A stretch of DNA of 64,000 bases from Thermoanaerobaculia bacterium (GTDB taxonomy: Bacteria > Acidobacteriota > Thermoanaerobaculia > Multivoradales > JAGPDF01). Position 1 is the stretch's first letter. Each line of letters begins with the position of its first letter. The position numbers and the translations under genes are program-made. Under the pieces are notes generated by a model. The model was not told where the DNA came from, did not search any database, and saw only the letters and a program-made list of their open reading frames with translations. Location: assembly GCA_963699245.1 (NCBI GenBank), contig OY969426.1, positions 1,326,316 through 1,390,315 on the forward strand, written 5' to 3'. Shown piece after piece: positions 1 through 9,077 of the stretch.

Positions 1-1611
1 CGTGGTGCCGTAGCGCGCCGCGATCAGCCAGAGGTTGTCCCCCGCCCGCACCCGGTACTGCACCAGCGTGCCGGCCGGCGTGTCGGTGCGCTGGACGCTC
101 GCCACCTTCGGAGCGGTGCCCGACGAGGTGCTCGAGCCTCCCCCCGGCACCTGCAGGACCTGGCCGATCGACAGCTGGTCGGCGCGGCGCAGGCGGTTCA
201 GCTCCATCAGGCGCGGCACCGAGGTGCGGTACATCGCGGCGATCTTCGACAGCGTCTCGCCCGAGCGCACGCGGTGCGTCGAGGTCGACGCCACCGGCGG
301 CGGCGTCCACTTCGGCAGCGTCTCGAGGCTGGCGAGGAGCGTCGGGCCGCTCTCCGGCGGCACCTTGAGCTTGTAGGAGGCATCGGGCGTCGCGTTGCGG
401 CGCAGCTCGGGGTTGAGCCCCGCCAGCGTCCCCGGCGTGAAGCCCATCGCCCGGTCGAGCGCGTCGAGCGGCGCGGCGCGCGCCACCTCGACCCGCTCGA
501 AGACGACCGGCGCCGCCGGCTGCGGCAGCACGAAGCCGTACTTGGCCGGGTTCTCGACGATCTCGAGGGTGGCGAGGAAGCGCGGCACGTAGCGACGCGT
601 CTCGCGCGGCAGGCGGTTGTAGAGATCCCAGAACTGGTCGAAGTAGCTCACCTTCTGGTTGTTGATCTGGCGCAGCACGTTCTGCTCGCCGCAGTTGTAG
701 GCGGCGAGCGCCGTCAGCCAGTCGCCGAACAGGTCGTGCAGCGCCGAGAGGTAGGCGAGCGCCGCGCGCGTCGCCTTGTCGGGATCCATCCGCTCGTCGA
801 TCCACGAGCTGCGGTCGAGGCCGTAGCGGTAGCCCGTCGAAGGGATGAACTGCCAGAGCCCGAGCGCCCGCGCCGTCGACAGCGCGCGCTCCTTGAAGCC
901 GCTCTCGACGATCGGCAGCCAGGAGAGCTGCTCGGGGAGGCCGGCCTCCTTGAGCTGGGCGAGGATCATCGGCCGGTACATGCCGGAGCGGCGGTAGGCC
1001 TCGAGGAAGAAGTCGCGCTCGCGCCCCTGGAAGCTGGCGATCTCGGCCTGCACATCGGCGTTCATGATGTGCGGGATCGAGCCTTCCTGGTCGCCGACCG
1101 CCGTCTGGCGCGAGGCGTAGATCTCGACCACGCGGCGCGCCACCAGGTGGCGGAGGTTCTCCTTCTCCTGGGCGAGCAGCGCGTTGTCGCTCGGCGGCAC
1201 CGCGAGCATCAGGGAGTAGGCGTGGTCGAGCTCGCTCATCGCCTGGTCGGCCGATCCCTGCGCCCAGAGGGTCCCGGCCGATTCGTAGGCGTCGAGCGCG
1301 TCGTGCAGGAGAGCCTCGGAGTCGGTGGTGTCGGGCTCCCCTTCCGGCGCCTCGCCCGCCGTCTCGTCCGGGGTCTCCTCGCCGGGCAGCAGCTCGCGGG
1401 CGCCGGGCTCCTCGGGGTTCTTCTCGCTGCTGAGCGGAGTGGCCGCCACCGGTTCGGCCGGGACGAGCGGAACCGCCGCCTTCGCGGCCGCCGTGCCCCC
1501 GGCATCGGGCTTCGCCGCCGGGGACTTCGGCGGCTTGCCGCTGCTGCAACCGAGTGCGAGCGCGACGAGCGCGCCGGCGAGAAGGAGACCGACTCTTCCG
1601 CTGTTCATCAT
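1..1611 (-). CDS. mltD: Membrane-bound lytic murein transglycosylase D-like lipoprotein (SLT domain plus at least 2 LysM domains). The N-terminal part is in the window; the gene runs off the left edge.
   Basis: Reverse-strand translation from ATG at 1611 gives MMNSGRVGLLLAGALVALALGCSS (lipobox), then an SLT domain (…LAAYNCGEQNV…) and two LysM repeats (…HRVRSGETLSKIAAMYRTSVPRLMELNRL…QVLQVPG). It is not in the ORF track because it has no in-window stop. Confidence 0.8.
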   Translation of the reverse strand, partial: MMNSGRVGLLLAGALVALALGCSSGKPPKSPAAKPDAGGTAAAKAAVPLVPAEPVAATPLSSEKNPEEPGARELLPGEETPDETAGEAPEGEPDTTDSEALLHDALDAYESAGTLWAQGSADQAMSELDHAYSLMLAVPPSDNALLAQEKENLRHLVARRVVEIYASRQTAVGDQEGSIPHIMNADVQAEIASFQGRERDFFLEAYRRSGMYRPMILAQLKEAGLPEQLSWLPIVESGFKERALSTARALGLWQFIPSTGYRYGLDRSSWIDERMDPDKATRAALAYLSALHDLFGDWLTALAAYNCGEQNVLRQINNQKVSYFDQFWDLYNRLPRETRRYVPRFLATLEIVENPAKYGFVLPQPAAPVVFERVEVARAAPLDALDRAMGFTPGTLAGLNPELRRNATPDASYKLKVPPESGPTLLASLETLPKWTPPPVASTSTHRVRSGETLSKIAAMYRTSVPRLMELNRLRRADQLSIGQVLQVPGGGSSTSSGTAPKVASVQRTDTPAGTLVQYRVRAGDNLWLIAARYGTT

Positions 1612-1738
1612 CCGTGCTTCCCCGATTCTCGACGACGGCCGACGAGCCCGCGGTTCCGCGGCCGCGGTTCCGGCCTCGAGCGAGGCATTGTAGCCGCGCC
1701 GGCCGGAACCGGGTGTGAGGGCCCGAGATCGGGGGGAA

Positions 1739-2587
1739 TCAGCGGCTTTCGATGGTCACGCCGCCGCCGCTCGAGCGCACCTTGAGCCGCGCGCCGCCGC
1801 CGTTCAACTGGCCACGGATGCTGTCGCGCCCGATCTTGCCGCGCACGGTGACCGGCAGGTCGCAGGTCAGGCCGCCGCCGGACGAGTGGGCGTCGAGCTC
1901 GAGCCCGACCGCGGGGTCGACGCGCGCCTGGACGCCGCCGCCCGAGGAGCTCAGGTCGCCCCCCTTGGCGTTGCCGGCCGCGAAGGTGACCTTGACCGAG
2001 CCGCCGGAGCTCTCGGCCAGCACTTCGCCGTGCGCCTCGTCGATGCGGACGCCGCCGCCGCTCGACGACGCGTCGATGTTGCCGCCGACGTTGTTCGCGG
2101 TGATGCCGCCGCCGCTGCTGCGCAGGTCGACGTCGGCCTGGACGTCGTCGACGTGCACGCCGCCGCCGGAGCTCGAGACGCGCAGCCGCGCCGCCAGGCC
2201 GCTCGCGTCGACGCCGCCGCCGCTGCTCTCGATGTCGGCCAGGACGGTCTTCGGCAGGGTGACCTCGACCCGGGTGCGGGCATTCCACCCCGAGGGCCAG
2301 TGCAGGCCCGGCTTGCGCTCGATACGGACGTCGAGGCGGTCGGCGCCGGTGGGCTCGAAGGTCAGGTCGTAGATGTCGGCGAAGTCCTCGCGCGTCGAGG
2401 TGACCACGATCGTCGCCTTGTTGCCGTCGGTGCCGCGCACTTCGACTCCCCCGGCCTCCGAATGGAGATGAAAGCTCCCTCCCGCCGGCAGGTCGAAGCT
2501 CTTCTCGACCCGGAAATCCGCCCGGGCCGCCCCGGCCAGCGCCAGGACCCCCACCACTCCCGCTCCCAGAACGTTCCGTGCACGCAT
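1739..2587 (-). CDS. Secreted DUF4097-like putative adhesin / beta-strand repeat protein
   Basis: The internal start MRARNVLGAGVVGVLALAGAARA is a signal peptide, preceded by GGAGG. The protein contains many SSGGGV repeats. It lies in frame within ORF 1739..2674. Confidence 0.7.
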   Translation of the reverse strand: MRARNVLGAGVVGVLALAGAARADFRVEKSFDLPAGGSFHLHSEAGGVEVRGTDGNKATIVVTSTREDFADIYDLTFEPTGADRLDVRIERKPGLHWPSGWNARTRVEVTLPKTVLADIESSGGGVDASGLAARLRVSSSGGGVHVDDVQADVDLRSSGGGITANNVGGNIDASSSGGGVRIDEAHGEVLAESSGGSVKVTFAAGNAKGGDLSSSGGGVQARVDPAVGLELDAHSSGGGLTCDLPVTVRGKIGRDSIRGQLNGGGARLKVRSSGGGVTIESR

Positions 2588-2720
2588 GCGCAGTTCCTCC
2601 AGGAGACAAGACGGATCGGCGGTCGAAAAGGTTACAGGGATGGGCGCCGGACGACCCCTGGGCCTGCCCTGCAAGGGGACACCCCCGGTCCCCGTCTTCC
2701 AGGACTAGGATAGCGAGCGT

Positions 2721-2948
2721 ATGAAGAGCGAGCTCCTCGACGAAGCCCGGCGCCTGACCCTCGACGAGCGGATCGACCTCGTCGAGGCGATCTGGGACAC
2801 GATCCCCGAGAACGCGGATCGTGACCAGCTCGCGGTGCCGGAAGCACATCGGGAGGAGCTCGACCGCCGCCTCGATGCGATGCGAGAGCATCCCGAGGCG
2901 TCGCGCCCATGGGGCGAGGTTCGCGCTCGCCTCGAGCGCGACCCTTGA
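2721..2948 (+). CDS. Putative addiction-module antitoxin component (TIGR02574-like)
   Basis: 75 aa, MKSELLDEARRLTLDERIDLVEAIWDTIPE…; its stop overlaps the start of the next gene (TTGA). Confidence 0.65.
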   Translation: MKSELLDEARRLTLDERIDLVEAIWDTIPENADRDQLAVPEAHREELDRRLDAMREHPEASRPWGEVRARLERDP

Positions 2949-3244
2949 CCGCCGAGCTTCGACTCCTTTCTCCAGCCGAAGACGACCTCGCGCGAGCCCG
3001 CGCCTGGTATGAAGCCCGCAGACCCGGGCTCGGCGGCGCGTTTCTCGACGCGATTTCCTCGCATCTCGATCGCATCGCCGAGCGCCCGCAGCAGTACCCT
3101 GTCGTCTACCGCGGCCTTCGGCGAGCCGTAGTGCGCCGCTTTCCCTTCCTGATCTATTTCGCCTCCCGCGACGGCAAGGTGACGGTCGTCGCTTGCCTTC
3201 ATGCCCGCCGCCATCCCCGTCGGCTCTCTCCCCGGGCACGCTGA
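2945..3244 (+). CDS. RelE/ParE-family toxin
   Basis: In-frame TTG at 2945 overlaps the antitoxin stop. The sequence …WYEARRPGLGGAFLDAISSHLDRIAERPQQYPVVYRGLRRAVVRRFPFLIYFASRDGKVTVVACLHARRHP has a ParE-like fold signature. Confidence 0.6.
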   Translation: MTAELRLLSPAEDDLARARAWYEARRPGLGGAFLDAISSHLDRIAERPQQYPVVYRGLRRAVVRRFPFLIYFASRDGKVTVVACLHARRHPRRLSPRAR

Positions 3245-3300
3245 CGCGCGTCACCCCGCATCGGCCGTCCGCGCATGCCGAGGTGCGATAGAACTCCGCC

Positions 3301-4638
3301 ATGCGCCTTCGGCTCCTCGCCCTCGCTTTTTTCGCCTTCGCCGCCCCTGCCGCACGCTCCGCACCGGCGGATCCCCCCGCCGCCCCGACGGCCCAGCACC
3401 GGGTGGTGCTGGTCTCGATCGACGGGATGTCCCCTTCGGCCTATCTCGACCCGGACGGCCAGGGGCTGAAGGTTCCGAACCTGCGCCGCCTGAAGGCCGA
3501 GGGCTCGTACGCCCGCGCGGTCGTCGGCGTGCTGCCGACGAACACCTACCCGTCGCACACGACGATCGTCACCGGGGTGCCGCCGCGGGTGCACGGCATT
3601 CTCGGCAACCAGATCTTCGATCCCTACGGGACGTCGAACGAGGCCTGGTACTGGTACGCGGACGAGATCAAGGTCCCGACCCTCTGGACGCGCGCCAAGG
3701 ACGCCGGCCTGGTGGTCGGCTCGGTGGCCTGGCCGGTGACGGTGGGCGCGAAAATCGACGCGCTCGTCCCCGAGTACTGGCGCAGCGGCTCGACGAACCC
3801 GCACGACCTCCACCTCCTGCGCGCCCTCTCGACCCCGGGCCTGGTCGAAGCCGTCGAAGCGAAGCTCGGCCGCGACCTCACGTGGCCCCCGTCCGACGCC
3901 GACCGCACGGAGATCGCGCTCCACATCCTGCGGACCTACAAACCGCACCTCCTGCTCCTCCACCTCGGCGAGCACGACCACTTCCAGCACGCCAACGGCG
4001 TCGGCTCGCCCGAAGCGAAAGCCGCGCTCGAACGCGACGACGCCGAGCTCGGCCGTCTGCGCGCGGCCATCGCGGAGCTCGGGTTCGAGAAGGAGACGAT
4101 ATTCGTCGTCGTCTCCGACCACGGGTTTCTGCCGACGAAGATCTCGTTGCATCCCAACGTGCTGCTGCGCGAGGCGGGGCTGATTACCACCGACGAGGCC
4201 GGCAAGGTGAAGAGCTGGCGGGCGATGTTCTGGACACAGGGGGGGACGGCGCTGCTGCGGCTTGCTGATCCCAGGGACACGGAAGCACTCGACAAGGCGA
4301 GAGCGACTCTGGCCACGAAGGTTGCAGAGCAGAATTCCGGGCTAGAAGCGATCCTCGAGCCGACGGAGATCGAAGCGCAGGGCGCCGATCCGGCGATAAC
4401 GCCGCTGGTGCTGGATGCGAAGAGTGGCTATCGCTTCGACCGCGACGCGGTCGGCGGATGGAGCGGACCTGCGAAGGATGTGGCGGGGCATGGCTACTCG
4501 CCGACACGATCCGTGCTCGCAGCGTCCTTCCTGCTAGCGGGCCGGGGCGTCGAACGCCTTGGCGACGAGGCGCCGATGAGCATGACGGCGATCTTCGCGA
4601 AGGTCCTCGCGTCGGTCGAGGTGCAGCCGGGATCCTGA
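3301..4638 (+). CDS. Secreted ectonucleotide pyrophosphatase/phosphodiesterase (type I phosphodiesterase/NPP family, alkaline-phosphatase superfamily)
   Basis: Signal peptide MRLRLLALAFFAFAAPAARSA; …VVLVSIDGMSPSAYLD…TYPSHTTIVTGVPPRVHGILGNQ…VVSDHGF… are the typical NPP metal-site motifs. Confidence 0.85.
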   Translation: MRLRLLALAFFAFAAPAARSAPADPPAAPTAQHRVVLVSIDGMSPSAYLDPDGQGLKVPNLRRLKAEGSYARAVVGVLPTNTYPSHTTIVTGVPPRVHGILGNQIFDPYGTSNEAWYWYADEIKVPTLWTRAKDAGLVVGSVAWPVTVGAKIDALVPEYWRSGSTNPHDLHLLRALSTPGLVEAVEAKLGRDLTWPPSDADRTEIALHILRTYKPHLLLLHLGEHDHFQHANGVGSPEAKAALERDDAELGRLRAAIAELGFEKETIFVVVSDHGFLPTKISLHPNVLLREAGLITTDEAGKVKSWRAMFWTQGGTALLRLADPRDTEALDKARATLATKVAEQNSGLEAILEPTEIEAQGADPAITPLVLDAKSGYRFDRDAVGGWSGPAKDVAGHGYSPTRSVLAASFLLAGRGVERLGDEAPMSMTAIFAKVLASVEVQPGS

Positions 4639-4651
4639 GAGGGAGATCTCC

Positions 4652-6937
4652 TCAGGGTGCCGACACGCGGACGCCCGCACCAGAAGCCCGCGCCATCGGC
4701 TCCCGCTTCACGCGCGCCCAGGCCTGCCAGATTCGTCGCCGTTCCTCCGCGGTCAGTTTCCAGGAGAGTGGTCCGAGGCCCTGCAGATCGAAATCGAGAA
4801 CCTCGACCTTCACGCCTCGCGCCTCCCATTTCGCCTCGAAGAACTCGAGCTCGAGGCCGTTGCGCTCTTTCTGAGAGGCCTCGCGAACTGACATCAAGGT
4901 CTCGAGCGGAGCGAGACCGGCCGTCACCCAGGCGGAAGAGCTGCGCACTGTCGGCAGCGGCTTCACGTTCGGATCGAACGGAGACAGGCGGATCAGGACG
5001 ATTGGTGGCGCCAGGCAGCTGGTAAGACCAGGACAGTGGCGTGCCAACGCGCCGTCCAGGATTTCGAGCGCCGAAAGCAGCCCGGAGTTCTCCGTGTACC
5101 CGCCGTCGACGAAATGCGCCTGCGGAAGATTCCTCTCGTCGGAACCCTTCGATACCCGCGCCCGCGAGGCGAGGCTGACGAAGGGAAAGCTCGCCGAGAG
5201 GCGCGCCGCAGTGCCGACTTCCACATCCTTGCCGGTGAAGGCGGCGAAGAACGAGCTCGGCGCCGCGCCTCCCTCGATCGCCAACGTCGGTAGAACGAAC
5301 CGTTCGCCCGTCTCCACCGCCGTCGCATTGAGCAACACGAAGGGCTTCTTTCCCGCCCTCGCGTCGCGTCGCCACCCGGCGAGTGTCGGCGCGCCCGACA
5401 ACCGGTGCCGCCAGCTCTGCTCGAGCGCCCAGCTGCGATCCACCTCGGGCCAGAGCGTCGCGACGGGGAAGGAGAAGAGGATCCGCAGCAGGTCGGGATA
5501 GGCGAGGCCCCAGGCCGCGGCGTCGAGGCTGGAGGCGGAGGCGGCTGCGCGGATCGCGGCGACGCGGTCGGCGGAGAGCGGGCCCATGGCTCCGATACCG
5601 GCGAGCGGCGCGTCGGGCAGGCGGTCGACGAAGAACATCGCACCGACCGCGCCCCCCGAAACGCCCGAGATCAGCTTCAGCGACGCCAGGAACTCGCCGC
5701 CGCCCTCACCGGAGGCGAGCCCGGTGAGGGCGGCGGCGGTCCAGGCGCTGGCGGTGATCCCCCCGCCCGCCGCGGCCACCGCGATGATCGGGCGCGGCGG
5801 CGAGCTCCCGTCCCCCTCGAACCAGCCGTCGACGACGTCGAGATCCTCGTCCGCCCGCGCCGGCAGCGGCGCCGCCGGCGCGCGCAGCGCGAAGTAGTGG
5901 TCGGCGCCGAAGGCCGTGTAGAGCAGCGCCGAAACGAGCAGCAGCGCCGGCACTACCGGCACCCGGAAGCGGTCGAGCAGGAACGAAAGCGCCGGCAGCG
6001 CCCAGGCCGCGACGTTGAGGACGAGCAGCAGCGCTCCGAGCGCCGGGAGCGACGGGTCACGATCGCGCGGAAACTCCGCGATCCCGACCGCGACGTAGAC
6101 GAGAGCGCTGGTCGCGAAGAGCCCGGCGGCGGCGAGATGCCCGGTATGCAGATAGCGCCTCCCTTGCGGGTCGACCCAGACATAGCCAGGGCCGAAAGGA
6201 GCGCGGGCGAGGAACGCGGTCAGCCACTCGCGCAGCCGGCGGGCGAAGCGCGGCGTGTGCAGGCGGCCGAAGACCGCCAGCGCGCGACCGGCGCGCGTGC
6301 CGCCGGCGAAGCGATGGCGCGTCTCCGGCGGCGTCAGCCAGGCGGTGGCCAAAGCGCCCCAGGAGCGGAGCAGCTCGGCGGCGGCGAGACCGGCCGCGAT
6401 CGCCAGCAGCCGGTCGATCGCGGCGCCCTCCGAGCGCCGGCCGGCGATCGCCAGCGTCGGCAGCGCCAGCGCGAGCGCCACCGCCGGCGCCCCGGCGGTG
6501 AGCCGGGACTCCCAGCGCCGCTTCGTCCCCCAACTGCGGCGAAAGGCGTTGCGGAACTCGCGGAAACCGAGCCGGATGGCGTCTTCCGCCGCCGGCGACT
6601 CGAGCCCCGGCCAGAGCCGCAGGGGACCGTTGCGGGTCGACGTCCAGAGGGTGGCGACGATCGAATGCCCGAGCAGCTGCGCCAGCGCCGCCACCACCGC
6701 CAGCTCCGCGCCGGAGAGGACGAAGAGGTTGGCGAAGAGCGAGGCCCCCCAGGAGATGGCGAAGAGAGGGAACGCGAAGAAAAGGAGCGCGACGCCGAGA
6801 TGGAAGCGGTGAAACAAGAGCCAGGTGAGGGCGGAGCGCAGACCGGAGACGCTCGGGGAAAGGAGGACTGCACGCCCGCCGGTCCCTCGCGCTCCGTCCC
6901 CCACCTGACTCATTCCGTCGTTTCGTCCGTCAAGCAA
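4652..6937 (-). CDS. Patatin-like phospholipase with a roughly 370-aa N-terminal polytopic membrane domain
   Basis: The C-terminal half carries AAGGGITASAW (oxyanion), GVSGGAVGA (GxSxG) and FVDGGYTENSG (DGG). The N-terminal half contains multiple hydrophobic helices. The start codon is uncertain. Confidence 0.8.
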   Translation of the reverse strand: MLDGRNDGMSQVGDGARGTGGRAVLLSPSVSGLRSALTWLLFHRFHLGVALLFFAFPLFAISWGASLFANLFVLSGAELAVVAALAQLLGHSIVATLWTSTRNGPLRLWPGLESPAAEDAIRLGFREFRNAFRRSWGTKRRWESRLTAGAPAVALALALPTLAIAGRRSEGAAIDRLLAIAAGLAAAELLRSWGALATAWLTPPETRHRFAGGTRAGRALAVFGRLHTPRFARRLREWLTAFLARAPFGPGYVWVDPQGRRYLHTGHLAAAGLFATSALVYVAVGIAEFPRDRDPSLPALGALLLVLNVAAWALPALSFLLDRFRVPVVPALLLVSALLYTAFGADHYFALRAPAAPLPARADEDLDVVDGWFEGDGSSPPRPIIAVAAAGGGITASAWTAAALTGLASGEGGGEFLASLKLISGVSGGAVGAMFFVDRLPDAPLAGIGAMGPLSADRVAAIRAAASASSLDAAAWGLAYPDLLRILFSFPVATLWPEVDRSWALEQSWRHRLSGAPTLAGWRRDARAGKKPFVLLNATAVETGERFVLPTLAIEGGAAPSSFFAAFTGKDVEVGTAARLSASFPFVSLASRARVSKGSDERNLPQAHFVDGGYTENSGLLSALEILDGALARHCPGLTSCLAPPIVLIRLSPFDPNVKPLPTVRSSSAWVTAGLAPLETLMSVREASQKERNGLELEFFEAKWEARGVKVEVLDFDLQGLGPLSWKLTAEERRRIWQAWARVKREPMARASGAGVRVSAP

Positions 6938-7733
6938 TCACCCGCTGCGCGCGCAACGCGCTCTCGAACGCCTTCGCCACCCGCATCGATCCCTTGCGGT
7001 TGGGATGGATCTCGTCCTTCCACTGGTCGATCACGACGCCGCGCGTCTCGACGCGGATCAGGCGCCCGGCGCCGCGCGGCTCGGCGGCGACGGCGTCGAT
7101 CGCTGCGCAGAAGCCGTCGATGAGCAGGCGGACGACGTCCGGCCAGAGCGCCCTGGGGATCTTCCGCTTCTCGAGCGCCGGCTGGAGCCAGGGTCCGGTG
7201 AGCTTGAACGGCCCGACGTAGACGGCGCCCTTCTTCGACGGGATCACGTAGTCGTAAGAATTGACGAAGACCTTGGTCGTGCGGCCGGCGTCGTCGAGCA
7301 GATCGAGCAACTCGCGGTAGCAGTCCTGGATCTGCCGCAGGCGGCGCTCGAAGCGCGAGCGCGCGATCAGATCGGGCGCCTGCGCGCCCGGCGCGTAGTC
7401 GCGCAGGAGCGGCGGCAGATCAGCGCCGATGATGTCGTTGCCGCCGCCCGAAAACAGCAGCGCATCGATCGGAAATCCCTCGAAGATCGTGCGCAGGATC
7501 GCCCGCTGCGCGCCCGAGAGGATCGTCATCACCTCGTCGCCGGCCTTCTCGAGCCGCAGCAGGCACCAGGCGCGCTGGAACTTCGGATCGCCGAGATCCT
7601 GCGGATCGTCGAGCTGCCCGATCGCGTCGGCGTAGGAGAACCACGAGTCCCCCTCGCTGACCACGACGGGCCACTTCGGATGCTCCCGGCGGGAGCGGAT
7701 GAAGTCGGCGAGGAGGGGGCGGAGGTAGGGCAT
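6930..7733 (-). CDS. SGNH/GDSL-family hydrolase
   Basis: VVVSEGDSWFSY (GDS block) and DEIHPN (catalytic DxxH). It overlaps the patatin gene by 8 nt. Confidence 0.8.
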   Translation of the reverse strand: MPYLRPLLADFIRSRREHPKWPVVVSEGDSWFSYADAIGQLDDPQDLGDPKFQRAWCLLRLEKAGDEVMTILSGAQRAILRTIFEGFPIDALLFSGGGNDIIGADLPPLLRDYAPGAQAPDLIARSRFERRLRQIQDCYRELLDLLDDAGRTTKVFVNSYDYVIPSKKGAVYVGPFKLTGPWLQPALEKRKIPRALWPDVVRLLIDGFCAAIDAVAAEPRGAGRLIRVETRGVVIDQWKDEIHPNRKGSMRVAKAFESALRAQRVIA

Positions 7734-7745
7734 CGCGGGTTCCGT

Positions 7746-9077
7746 CTAGTTCCCCGGGCAGGTCGCGCCGGGAAGTCGCGACTGAATACCCTCCCGCGTC
7801 CACTCGGCAGGGTCGTGCGAGGCTGTGTGATCGAACCAGAGCGGCAATGCGAGCTCTGCGATGCGCGGATCTCGGAACTCCTGGCCGCCGCGGTCCGCCA
7901 TGACGACCAGGTCGAGATGCACGCGGACCGCGTACAGGCTGGAGAACTGGGTGAAGTCGGGCCAGTAGAGGTCCGCGTGGACCGGCACCGAGAGCAGCAC
8001 GGCACGGCCGAAGCGGCGCGGCGGGAAGCCGCCGATGCCCCGGCTGGCGAGAAAGACGACGTTCCCGCCATGGCTGTGCGCCCAGACGTTCAGACAGTCG
8101 GCGCCGTGGCTCTTCGCCCAGTCGTTGAGCAGGATCGCGCCCTCGCGCCGCGCCGCGTCGCTCCACGCTCCCGACCAGGCGAAAGGATCTCCTGGATCGG
8201 AATAGAGGTCGGGGACCCAGGTCTTGAGGTAGTCGTGGAAGGCCCCACCCGGGGGCCACCAGCCGCCGTGTGCCGCCCAGGTGCCGTGAACGATCAGGCT
8301 GGTGTGGGCGGGGCGCTGTGGCGGCTTCGGATTCGGCATTGCGGTCAGAGCGCCCAATGCCGGATGCAGCGGATCGAGCCGAGCGAGGCAGGTCGCGGCG
8401 ATATCCCGCAGCAAGTCGTCCTTTGAGTCGACCGCGCGGGCCAAGTCGGGAACGATCCGCTCTGTCGTCTCTCCTGCCTCGAGGATCTCCGGAATCGAAC
8501 AAGCCGCGGCGAGGTGAACGAGCGGATCGGGGTCGTCGAAGCCGGCCAGCAGCGCCAGCGCGACGGTTCGCGCCGCCGGAGCTTCGAGCGCGCGATCGAC
8601 GAGTTCCTTTTCCATCTGAAGTGACCCAGCCCTGTCGAGCCCGGCGAGACGCTGCTCACCCATTTGACGTCGGAGCTCCAGTCGAAGCGCTCCGAGCGTC
8701 GTCCGCTCGACTTGAGCCTTGCTGAGCCCATAGATCCGTTCCGAGACTCCGAGAGCCGCGAGATCTTCCGGCGGCAGAAACGCCTCCGGTTGCTGTCTTG
8801 CGCATTCGGCGCTCTGGTTGGCGATGCACAGCAGCTCGCCGAAAGCGAGCTGAATCGCGGCTCGTGACTGTGCGGCCCGACGATCGTCCACCATCGCATC
8901 GCGTGCGCCGAACGGAGCTGGTTCGCGAACTCGGGGGTAATCGGAGGCCGCGTGCGCGGCGGCAACTCCAATCAGGCATGCCGAGGCAAGAGCGAACAGG
9001 TGCCAGGCCTGGGCAAGCCGCCTGCCGACCTGCTGCGAGCGCCCGGAAGGCATTCGCTGTCGCTCTCGAGCGTTCAT
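7746..9077 (-). CDS. Secreted alpha/beta hydrolase with class-2-lipase-like motifs and an N-terminal HEAT-like repeat region
   Basis: The internal start MNARERQ… (aa 123 of ORF 7746..9443) is preceded by GGAAGGA. The signal peptide is LFALASACLIGVAAAHA. LIVHGTW and VWAHSHGGNVV resemble the Bacillus LipA AHSMGG motif. Its ATG overlaps the upstream gene's TGA (ATGA). Confidence 0.65.
   Translation of the reverse strand: MNARERQRMPSGRSQQVGRRLAQAWHLFALASACLIGVAAAHAASDYPRVREPAPFGARDAMVDDRRAAQSRAAIQLAFGELLCIANQSAECARQQPEAFLPPEDLAALGVSERIYGLSKAQVERTTLGALRLELRRQMGEQRLAGLDRAGSLQMEKELVDRALEAPAARTVALALLAGFDDPDPLVHLAAACSIPEILEAGETTERIVPDLARAVDSKDDLLRDIAATCLARLDPLHPALGALTAMPNPKPPQRPAHTSLIVHGTWAAHGGWWPPGGAFHDYLKTWVPDLYSDPGDPFAWSGAWSDAARREGAILLNDWAKSHGADCLNVWAHSHGGNVVFLASRGIGGFPPRRFGRAVLLSVPVHADLYWPDFTQFSSLYAVRVHLDLVVMADRGGQEFRDPRIAELALPLWFDHTASHDPAEWTREGIQSRLPGATCPGN

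Noticed and set aside
274-1785. 503-aa Arg-rich plus-strand ORF (MRRGRRHRRRR…)
   Set aside because: It is antisense to the clearly coding mltD gene. Its composition (R/A/G/E repeats) is typical of spurious ORFs in >70% GC DNA.
1608-3302. 564-aa minus-strand ORF spanning the adhesin and toxin-antitoxin region
   Set aside because: Arg/Gly-rich and low-complexity. It overlaps three well-supported genes in other frames or strands.
3199-4268. ORFs 3199..4152(-) and 3201..4268(+), 317 aa and 355 aa
   Set aside because: Both overlap the phosphodiesterase gene out of frame or antisense and are Arg/Pro-rich with no motifs.
5405-7123. 572-aa plus-strand ORF
   Set aside because: Antisense to the patatin and SGNH genes, with an R/G/E low-complexity translation.
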